Positions 56,997-64,000 of a stretch of 64,000 nucleotides of DNA are shown in pieces. The stretch comes from Candidatus Moraniibacteriota bacterium. Its GTDB lineage: Bacteria; Patescibacteriota; Minisyncoccia; Moranbacterales; UBA1568. The stretch covers positions 400,627 through 464,626 of the forward strand of contig JAQTYF010000001.1 of assembly GCA_028688415.1 (NCBI GenBank), in the 5' to 3' direction. Both the position numbers and the translations under genes were made by a program. The notes beneath the pieces were generated by a model. It did no database searches, was not told the origin of the DNA, and saw only the letters and a list, made by a program, of their open reading frames with translations. Every line of letters begins with the position of its first letter. Position 1 is the stretch's first letter.

Positions 56997-57836
56997 GTGT
57001 ATACTGAATACTATAAAAAACTATTCAACTCTATGCACAAGCCATCCAGTTTCAATGATTATATCATCGCATTTGCCACCGCATTGTTTCTCACTATCTT
57101 TCTCGGTGTGTATCTCTTCATTCGTCGCGGATTTATGATTGATGCTCCGGCCGGTATAGATGTGATGTATATGCCGAACAAGATCCTGGCTAATGTCGGC
57201 ATGATGATCATTGCTCTCTCATTTCTTTTCGGACCTATTACACGTTATTTCAATCGATTCGATACATTTATCGGCTGTCGCAAAGAAATAGGTATCGTCG
57301 GGGCATTCATCGCACTTTCTCATGGTATCATTTCCTATTTCTTTCTCCCCAAGAGGTATCCGAGCGAATATATTGATTTCTTGTCATTGGAATTTTTTTC
57401 CGCTCTCGTCGGGGCATTCTTTCTCTTTTTTCTTTTCATCATCTCTTTCAAAAAAGCCATCGAATTGATCGGGGCGGGTCGGTGGTGGTTCTGGCAACGG
57501 TTTGGTCTCCGTATTGTCGTCATACTCACCCTCGTTCATGTCGTGTTTCTCAAATGGGAGAGTTGGATGAGATGGTTCGTAGAAGACCTCCCTGTCTCGA
57601 AAGAACTTGTTTTCACCTGGTTACCAGCCGTCAATCTCCTCACAACACTTTTCATCGTTTGGGTCGTCCTCATACGAATCTATGAATCGATTTTCCTCTT
57701 CCAGGATTTCGGTTGGAAAACCAAAGAAATTTCCATGGATCCCGTACTTCACGCTCGTGGGAGACGATTCTTCATCGGTAGTTTCTGGGTACTCGTCCTC
57801 CTCTATATTATTGTCTTCACACGTTTTCTTTTTTAA
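56997..57836 (+). CDS. Polytopic membrane protein, hypothetical (possibly ferric-reductase-like TM domain)
   Basis: 279 aa with ~6 hydrophobic helices and conserved His in helices. No firm family assignment. Confidence 0.35.
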   Translation: MYTEYYKKLFNSMHKPSSFNDYIIAFATALFLTIFLGVYLFIRRGFMIDAPAGIDVMYMPNKILANVGMMIIALSFLFGPITRYFNRFDTFIGCRKEIGIVGAFIALSHGIISYFFLPKRYPSEYIDFLSLEFFSALVGAFFLFFLFIISFKKAIELIGAGRWWFWQRFGLRIVVILTLVHVVFLKWESWMRWFVEDLPVSKELVFTWLPAVNLLTTLFIVWVVLIRIYESIFLFQDFGWKTKEISMDPVLHARGRRFFIGSFWVLVLLYIIVFTRFLF

Positions 57837-57942
57837 AACGAGAAGTATAATCTTCGTAGTAAAAATCCCCTCTCTCAGAGAAGGGATTTTTTATAGTTGC
57901 AGAATTTTATTACAGAACTCTCTATATTCTTCTTAAAAGCCA

Positions 57943-58087
57943 ATTTTTCATCATCGTTCCACCTCTCACAAGAGCTCTCAGTAAAACGAAAAAAGAAGCC
58001 TCCAATCAACACACTCTTAGCTTCTTTTTTCGATCTGAGAGCTCTTGCTCAGTCAGAGTGGAAAGGATGATGAAAAATTCTTTTGAG
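57943..58087. repeat. ~150-nt hairpin repeat, copy B
   Basis: See copy A (46994..47166). Lies between convergent gene ends 57836 (+) and 58107 (-). Confidence 0.8.
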
Positions 58088-58106
58088 AAGAATAATACAA
58101 ATATAA

Positions 58107-58760
58107 CTATTCCTGTCTCCGTTTTTCTCGGATATATGCTGTGATGGCTGGCAAAAACGAGAGGGAAATAATCACAAGAATGATTGGCAAGAGATATTTG
58201 TCGACATCGATCACATTCCCGAGGAAATAGCCCAGGAGTACCAAACCAATTACCCAGAGGAATGCCCCGATAACATTGTAGAGAAAAAAGACCGAGTATT
58301 TCATATTTGCTACGCCAGCGATGATCGGTGCGAACGTTCTCACAATCGGCATAAATCGTGCAAGAAGAATCATCTTGGGCCCGTGCTGTTCGTAAAAATA
58401 TTGTGCTTTGAGGGCGTGTGCTTTTTTGAAAATGAGCGAATCTTCTCGACTGAAGATTTTCGGTCCGATGCGTCTACCAAATTCATAACCGAGCATATTG
58501 CCAAGTACCGCAGAAAGAAACAATCCAATCAAGAGTACGGGGAGCGAAAAGAAACCACCCGCAGTGAGGAATCCAGCGACAAAGAGCAGACTGTCCCCTG
58601 GGAGGAAAAATCCCAAGAAAAGACCAGTTTCCGCAAAAACAATACCGAAAAGTCCGGTATAACCGACGGCTTTGATAAGACCGATGAGATCGCCTCGGAA
58701 AACACCATCGACAAACGTCTGGATAAAATCCATACAAGCAATATTCATAAAATTACTCAT
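58107..58760 (-). CDS. DedA/VTT-family membrane protein
   Basis: 'GLFGIVFAETGLFLGFFLPGDSLLFVAGFL' DedA signature. Confidence 0.75.
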   Translation of the reverse strand: MSNFMNIACMDFIQTFVDGVFRGDLIGLIKAVGYTGLFGIVFAETGLFLGFFLPGDSLLFVAGFLTAGGFFSLPVLLIGLFLSAVLGNMLGYEFGRRIGPKIFSREDSLIFKKAHALKAQYFYEQHGPKMILLARFMPIVRTFAPIIAGVANMKYSVFFLYNVIGAFLWVIGLVLLGYFLGNVIDVDKYLLPIILVIISLSFLPAITAYIREKRRQE

Positions 58761-58837
58761 TCATTATACCCGAGAAAAAGACAAAAGAAAAACCCCGACA
58801 CGAGGTCGAGGTTTTTGAAACAAGAGACAAACAATGA

Positions 58838-59239
58838 CTATTTCAATGTTACGGTTGCACCAGCTTCTTCGAGTTTCTTCTTGATGGTTTCAGCATCAGC
58901 TTTGGAAACTTTTTCTTTGATAGCTTTTGGAGCAGCATCTACCAAATCCTTGGCTTCTTTGAGTCCGAGACCAGTGATTTCACGAACAGCTTTGATCACG
59001 TTGATTTTCTGTGCACCAGCAGCAGTCAATTCAACATCGAATTCGCTCTTCTCTTCTGCAGCAGCAGCTTCAGCGACTGGAGCAGCACCCATCATCATAG
59101 GAGCAGCAGCAGAGACACCAAACTTGTCTTCGAGAACTTTGACGAGTTCTGAGAGATCGAGCACGCTCATCTTCTCAATTTCAGCAACGAGTTTTTCGAA
59201 CTTTGCTGGCACTACCACTTCTTTCTTTTCTTCTGTCAT
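58838..59239 (-). CDS. rplL: 50S ribosomal protein L7/L12
   Basis: Alanine-rich hinge '[20 protein letters not shown]' and a C-terminal domain ending 'GATVTLK'. Confidence 0.9.
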   Translation of the reverse strand: MTEEKKEVVVPAKFEKLVAEIEKMSVLDLSELVKVLEDKFGVSAAAPMMMGAAPVAEAAAAEEKSEFDVELTAAGAQKINVIKAVREITGLGLKEAKDLVDAAPKAIKEKVSKADAETIKKKLEEAGATVTLK

Positions 59240-59275
59240 ATGATTATATTATATTACTTATATTAACAAAAAATA

Positions 59276-59797
59276 TTACGCTTTCTTTTCTTCAATAGCC
59301 TTGAGTACTCGCACCAGTCCATTCAAATTGCCATTCAACACTCGTACGAAACTTGATATTGGAGCTTGGAGAGTACCGACCAACTGTGCTCGCATCTCGT
59401 CTCTGCTTGGCAATTTGGCGAGAGCCTTGACCTCTTCTATCGACAATTCCTTGATCCCGAGCGATCCACCTTCAATAGTGAAAGGAATATCTCTGTTGGC
59501 CTTGGCAAATGCGGCGAGGACTTTGGCAGCGGTCACTTCATCAGAAGAGAATGCGACACCGATCTGACCATCGAGCTTCCGTACATCCACTACCACACCA
59601 GCTTCTTTGAGTGCGAGATTGAGCAGTGTCTTCTTGAGCACTTGCCAACCAGAACCATTTGCATTCAGTTCTTTGCGTACTGCAGAGACGTTCTTCACTG
59701 ATACGCCTTTGAAGTTTGCGAAAACCAAAGCTTTCGATTCTTTGATTTTGTTCGACACCTCAGTAATGAGGATTTCTTTCTGTTGTTTCGTTTGCAT
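59276..59797 (-). CDS. rplJ: 50S ribosomal protein L10
   Basis: 173 aa with full-length L10 similarity, directly upstream of rplL. Confidence 0.85.
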   Translation of the reverse strand: MQTKQQKEILITEVSNKIKESKALVFANFKGVSVKNVSAVRKELNANGSGWQVLKKTLLNLALKEAGVVVDVRKLDGQIGVAFSSDEVTAAKVLAAFAKANRDIPFTIEGGSLGIKELSIEEVKALAKLPSRDEMRAQLVGTLQAPISSFVRVLNGNLNGLVRVLKAIEEKKA

Positions 59798-59994
59798 ACA
59801 GTTTTATGATAAAAAAATCTACGGTTTATGGCCGTAGAATTGAAAAAACATCTTTCCAATCATTCTTGATGCTATCTTTTAAAACATCATCGAGAACGTT
59901 CCTCGTAAGGATTTATGTGTTACACGTCACACCTTAGGTCTACGGATATTTGATTGTACTCTTATACTACAGGAATTATCGTGATCAGTCAAGA

Positions 59995-60408
59995 CTACGC
60001 CTTTGCTTCTGGTTCTACTGGAGTGACGACTTCTGGAGTAGCAACAGGGGTTTCGGCAACCGTTTCAGTAGCAACAGGAGTCTCTTCTACGACTGGAGTA
60101 GCTTCGGCAGGAGCTTCGACAACTGGTACTTCTTTCACAACTGGACGAGGCATTTTCTTGGCGATTTTCTTGGCTTCGATCACTCCTTCACGAACGAGTG
60201 TGTTGTGCACAGCAGGAGATACTTGAGCTCCTTGTCCGATCCAATAGAGGATTCGTTCTTTCTTCAAGATAGTCGTTTTCTGATGAGGATTGTAGCTTCC
60301 GAGGATTTCGATATGACGCTTTCCTGGAGCCTTGGTATGTTCTTGAAGAACAACACGAAACTGAGCCTGATTCTTCTTTCCTGTGCGATTGAGACGTATT
60401 ACTAACAT
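59995..60408 (-). CDS. rpsP: 30S ribosomal protein S16 with a low-complexity C-terminal extension
   Basis: 'MLVIRLNRTGKKNQAQFRVV' S16 N-terminus. ~45-aa P/E/T/V/A-rich tail. Confidence 0.85.
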   Translation of the reverse strand: MLVIRLNRTGKKNQAQFRVVLQEHTKAPGKRHIEILGSYNPHQKTTILKKERILYWIGQGAQVSPAVHNTLVREGVIEAKKIAKKMPRPVVKEVPVVEAPAEATPVVEETPVATETVAETPVATPEVVTPVEPEAKA

Positions 60409-60549
60409 AACGGATATACAAAAATTAAGATAGAGTTTCTATACAGGTTCCACTCTACCGCATTTTTCAAACCCTGTCAACCAAACCATTGGGATTTTTC
60501 TTCATTTTTCAATCCTTCTCTTCATCAATGGCTCAATAAAACTCAGTTT

Positions 60550-62850
60550 TTACGATAATTTAGCAATCTCACTGTTTGTAATCTGGTCGAGGCGGATAGA
60601 GAGAAGCTGGGAGACGCCATCAGCGCCCATCGTAACGCCGTAGATGATACCAGCCTGTGACATTGTCTCGCGGTTGTGAGTAATAGCGATGAACTGAGTA
60701 TCGAGCGAGAGTCCGCCGAGCATCGAGCTGAATCGTCTAGAGTTGGCTTCATCGAGAGCGGCCTCTACTTCATCGAGGACAGCAAATGGTGGTGGATTGT
60801 GAGAGATGATAGCAAAGAGGAGTGCGAGCGAAGTGAGTGATCGTTCCCCTCCAGAGAGCATCGAGAGGTTGGTGATTTTCTTTCCTGGTGGGCACGCAAA
60901 AATCTCGATACCGAGTTCGTATGGCGTCGAAATTCCTTCTTCGGACATATCTTCTGAAGCATTCTCACTCTCATCACTTTCTCGACGACGAGAAGGGATT
61001 TTCACAATTTCGATTTCCGCTTTTCCTCCACCAAAAATGATTTTGAAATATTCTTCAAATTTTTTCTTGATTTCTTTGAAAGCATCGTGGAATTCTTTGT
61101 CGATTTTCTGTTCCATTTCTTTGGTGACTGCACGGAGAGATTCTCCTGCTTGCTTGAGATCAGTCGATTCACGGGTCAAAAATTCGAAACGTTTTTCTGT
61201 TTCCTGATATTCTTCGACGATAAGCGGATCGATCGTGCCGATATGTTCCACCTCTACTTTGAGGCGAGAAATCTCGTGTTCCATACGCTCACGCTCGACT
61301 GGAGTATTGTCATAACGGAGTTCTGTAACAGGGATGCCGAGCTCTTCTCGAACGAGGTTCGTGATATCTTCTTCGCGTACTTCGACACGAGCCAAGCGAA
61401 CTTTTACTTCATTTAATTGATCTTTGAGACGAGTCAAGAGATATTCTTTCTGACGCCATTCTTTTTCTTTCAAGAAGAACGTCTCTCTCCCGACACGAGT
61501 ACGTTCCTGCATCGCACAGAGAACAGATTCTTTTTCATTCAATGACTGGAGAAGGATTTCTGAACGCTTGTTGAGAGATTCTTTTTCCTTCGTAAACGTC
61601 GCGATTTTTTCATCGCTGATTTTTTTCTCTGCTTCTGGAAGCGTGATGATTTTCTTTTCTTTGACACTGCCTACACCCGCCTTCTCTTGGAGGTCATAGA
61701 GCTTCTGCTTGATAACCTGCGCGAATTCACGAATGTCTTGCAGGTCTTCAAGTTTCTCTACATTCTGGATACGTTTGATAAGTTCTTCTTGATGCGTACG
61801 GATTTCATCAAGTGCTTTTTTCACATAATTCAGATCGACAGGGATGACACGGATCACTTCTTCCGATTTCTGTTTCTCTTTTTCGATTTCGATTTTTCCA
61901 TCAAGAATACTCCTGTCTCGGAGCAGTGTATTGGACTCATCTCGGAGTGTCATCATCTCTCGATTGATCGTCTCTTCTTCTGTCTGATCCCCCATTTGTT
62001 CTCCAGCCTGAGCGACCTCGCGCGACAACGTATTGGTCTCTACATCGAGATCGAATACTTGCTTCTGCATACCGTCACGTTCTGAGAGGAGAGTACCTCG
62101 TTCTTTCTGAAAATTATTCCAGAGAAAACTATAGAGGAGGAATTGTTTGGAACGGAGTTTTTCGGCGATGTCTTTCCCTTGTGAAGCCTTCTCTGCCTGA
62201 CGACGGAGATTTTTCAAATGTGGTTCTATTTCGAGAAGGAGACTATCGACACGGACGAGATTCTCTCGTGTACTTTCCAATTTTCGGAGTGCCCGCTCTT
62301 TCTCTATCTGATACTGTTTCACGCCCGCTGCGTCCTCGAATATCGAGCGTCGTTCAGTCGGAGTAGCATTCAGCACGGCATCGGACATACCCTGAGTGAT
62401 GACACAGTAGCTGTCTTTGCCGATTCCCGCTTTGGCGAGGAGATCGACGATGTCGAGGAGACGCACACGCGCACCATTGATGAGATATTCGCTTTCTCCA
62501 CTCCGATATATTTTTCGAGTGATCGATACTTCAGCAAACTCTACCGGGATTTTTTTATCAGAGTTGTCGAAATACAGAGTAACAGAGGCGGTACCGAGTC
62601 GGGCTTTCTTATCGGTTCCTGCAAAAATGACGTCTTCTGATTTTTTCCCACGGAGGTTCTTGAGCGACTGTTCTCCGATGGCCCAACGAATAGCATCAGC
62701 GACGTTTGATTTACCAGAACCGTTTGGTCCGACGATAGCCGTGATGCCACATTTGGTATTCTGTACGATGTCGCAGTCAGGCAAAAAATCCAATGCCGTC
62801 TTATTGGCAAAGGATTTGAATCCGCTCATTTCAAGTTTCTTGAGATACAT
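60550..62850 (-). CDS. smc: SMC-family chromosome-partition ATPase (short, 766 aa)
   Basis: N-terminal Walker A 'GPNGSGKSNVADAIRWAIGEQS'. Long coiled coils. C-terminal 'LSGGERSLTSLALLFAI' signature and Walker B 'LDEVEAALD'. No obvious hinge domain. Confidence 0.7.
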   Translation of the reverse strand: MYLKKLEMSGFKSFANKTALDFLPDCDIVQNTKCGITAIVGPNGSGKSNVADAIRWAIGEQSLKNLRGKKSEDVIFAGTDKKARLGTASVTLYFDNSDKKIPVEFAEVSITRKIYRSGESEYLINGARVRLLDIVDLLAKAGIGKDSYCVITQGMSDAVLNATPTERRSIFEDAAGVKQYQIEKERALRKLESTRENLVRVDSLLLEIEPHLKNLRRQAEKASQGKDIAEKLRSKQFLLYSFLWNNFQKERGTLLSERDGMQKQVFDLDVETNTLSREVAQAGEQMGDQTEEETINREMMTLRDESNTLLRDRSILDGKIEIEKEKQKSEEVIRVIPVDLNYVKKALDEIRTHQEELIKRIQNVEKLEDLQDIREFAQVIKQKLYDLQEKAGVGSVKEKKIITLPEAEKKISDEKIATFTKEKESLNKRSEILLQSLNEKESVLCAMQERTRVGRETFFLKEKEWRQKEYLLTRLKDQLNEVKVRLARVEVREEDITNLVREELGIPVTELRYDNTPVERERMEHEISRLKVEVEHIGTIDPLIVEEYQETEKRFEFLTRESTDLKQAGESLRAVTKEMEQKIDKEFHDAFKEIKKKFEEYFKIIFGGGKAEIEIVKIPSRRRESDESENASEDMSEEGISTPYELGIEIFACPPGKKITNLSMLSGGERSLTSLALLFAIISHNPPPFAVLDEVEAALDEANSRRFSSMLGGLSLDTQFIAITHNRETMSQAGIIYGVTMGADGVSQLLSIRLDQITNSEIAKLS

Positions 62851-63029
62851 TGATACAATTTCAAATTTTAAATTTCAAATTTTGAAACAAAGACCAAAAC
62901 ATCAAAAAGAGGATATTTTGAAATTTAGAATTTATAATTTGAAATTACCTCCAGTATACCCCATTTCTCCCAAAAAGAAAAAACGTGCTTTCACACGTTC
63001 TTTTGGATTTTGGTATCGAATGAAGTCTC

Positions 63030-63734
63030 TTATTCCCAGCCCTTGATGATGAGTCCTTGACGAGCGGCTTCACGCTGAGCATCCTGCTTGGAAATACCCT
63101 CACCTTCAGCTATGAGTTCTTCAGCAAGAAATACTCCTGCGATAAAATGTCGATCATGATCTGGTCCCCATTCTTTCAAAACACGGTAATTTGGCGTGAT
63201 ACCTACTTTTTCTTGAGCCAATTCCTGGAAACGACTCTTCGGGTCAGTGTAGAGTCCTTCTGTCAGGACTTCACTCATATGCGCTGTGATAATATATTTT
63301 TCGACAAATTGTTTCGATGCATCATATCCCTGATCCATATAGAGCGCCCCGATGATGGATTCCATCGCATTGGCGACGAGGTACGTGCGAGCACGTCCCG
63401 TATCTTTCGATTCCCCACGACTCATAAGAAGAAAATCTTGCAATCCCAACTCATGACCGATTTTCCCGAGCATATCGCCATTGACGAGGGCGGCACGAAA
63501 ACTCGTGAGTTCCCCTTCTGGGTTTTTGAAGTTATCAAACAGATACCGCGTGACGATAAGTTCGAGCACAGCATCTCCGAGAAATTCTAATCGTTCATTG
63601 TGAGGATGAGAATATTCTTTGTGTTCATTGAGATAGGACCGATGTGTCAGAGCTTCCTGAAAGAGATCGACATTCACGATATCGATTCCAAGTGTTTTTT
63701 TCAGTTGTACCAAATCTATTTTCTTTTCTGACAT
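63030..63734 (-). CDS. rnc: Ribonuclease III
   Basis: 'ERLEFLGDAVLELIVTRYLF' RNase III signature. C-terminal dsRBD. Confidence 0.9.
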   Translation of the reverse strand: MSEKKIDLVQLKKTLGIDIVNVDLFQEALTHRSYLNEHKEYSHPHNERLEFLGDAVLELIVTRYLFDNFKNPEGELTSFRAALVNGDMLGKIGHELGLQDFLLMSRGESKDTGRARTYLVANAMESIIGALYMDQGYDASKQFVEKYIITAHMSEVLTEGLYTDPKSRFQELAQEKVGITPNYRVLKEWGPDHDRHFIAGVFLAEELIAEGEGISKQDAQREAARQGLIIKGWE

Positions 63735-63776
63735 AAAATCACACGTTATTTGAAGAAAAAAGCTTCAGACGAAGCT

Positions 63777-64000
63777 TTACTTTGAGATTTTTTTCGCAAC
63801 AGGTTTTTTCTCTTTTTTCTGTTCTGCTTGTTTGGCATCTTTCTCGAGATTTTTCTTGTGATTCTCTGAGATATCATTTTTCATCGGCTCACCCATCTCA
63901 CGATAGATAGTTCCGAGTACTCCATTGACGAAACGTGCGCTCGCATCACTGCCAAATGTTTTTGCGAGTTCAATAGCTTCATTGATAGCGACTTTTGGAG
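63777..64000 (-). CDS. nusB: Transcription antitermination protein NusB, 3' part only (5' end beyond window)
   Basis: Minus-strand translation '...[36 protein letters not shown]...' matches the NusB C-terminus. Stop at 63777..63779. Not in the ORF track because the start lies outside the window. Confidence 0.55.
   Translation of the reverse strand, partial: PKVAINEAIELAKTFGSDASARFVNGVLGTIYREMGEPMKNDISENHKKNLEKDAKQAEQKKEKKPVAKKISK

Noticed and set aside
59798-59994. Possible L10 autoregulatory leader or a stand-alone ncRNA between rpsP and rplJ (palindrome ctacggtttatggccgtag at ~59818..59836).
   Set aside because: There is only one short hairpin. It could equally be the rpsP terminator. There is not enough structure to call an L10 leader without covariation data.
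1-64000. CRISPR arrays, rRNA genes, IS elements, integrases or transposases.
   Set aside because: No spaced direct-repeat array, no rRNA-like conserved blocks and no ORF with recombinase or transposase motifs were found on either strand. The repeats present are the short elements listed above.

Overview
This 64-kb window is from a compact, AT-rich bacterial genome read with the standard genetic code. The 882-aa SecA ORF is intact with no internal TGA. It is almost entirely coding, mostly on the minus strand. Short genes, a DUF4012 protein, a 766-aa SMC and many small secreted or membrane proteins give it a Patescibacteria/CPR-like flavour. That placement is inference only.

Housekeeping genes recognised, in window order: dnaX (3' part), tRNA-Gln, an NhaP-type antiporter, queA, secA, hpf, murB-murC-murG-ftsW-trmD, rseP, frr, tRNA-Lys, serS, tRNA-Val, lysS, greA, mrdA-mreD-mreC-mreB, dedA, rplL-rplJ-rpsP, an SMC-like ATPase, rnc and a nusB 3' fragment.

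Accessory content, in the same order:
- 5.4-13.4 kb: a carrier-protein-centred cluster. It has a PlsC-like acyltransferase, a ThiF/E1-like adenylyltransferase, a C39/BtrH-like papain-fold Cys-His-Asp protein, an ACP and an Sfp-type PPTase. Divergently transcribed next to it are a MacB-type ABC exporter, an HlyD adaptor and a GNAT N-acyltransferase. This is the best candidate here for an undescribed acyl/aminoacyl-metabolite or conjugation system.
- 13.5-16.3 kb: a nucleotide house-cleaning cluster. An NDT-like gene overlaps a NUDIX gene. A second NUDIX gene and a MazG-like gene follow. Beside them are a probable tRNA-Ala(CGC) and a GC-shifted orphan gene with a consensus promoter.
- 28.6-43.5 kb: a cell-envelope glycan locus (DUF4012, 2x GT4, beta-helix, Wzy-like, 2x Wzz-like). 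It is interrupted by a GC-rich ~3.5-kb island encoding three secreted proteins, including a LysM protein.

Three tRNA genes (Gln, Lys, Val) are each accompanied by a partial copy of themselves. There is an exact 20-nt GC hairpin motif at three loci, one of them at the canonical 37/38 intron position of a tRNA-Val pseudo-copy. Two copies of a ~150-nt hairpin repeat lie ~11 kb apart. No integrase, transposase, CRISPR array or rRNA was found. All calls rest on reading the translations and sequence by eye; no searches were run.
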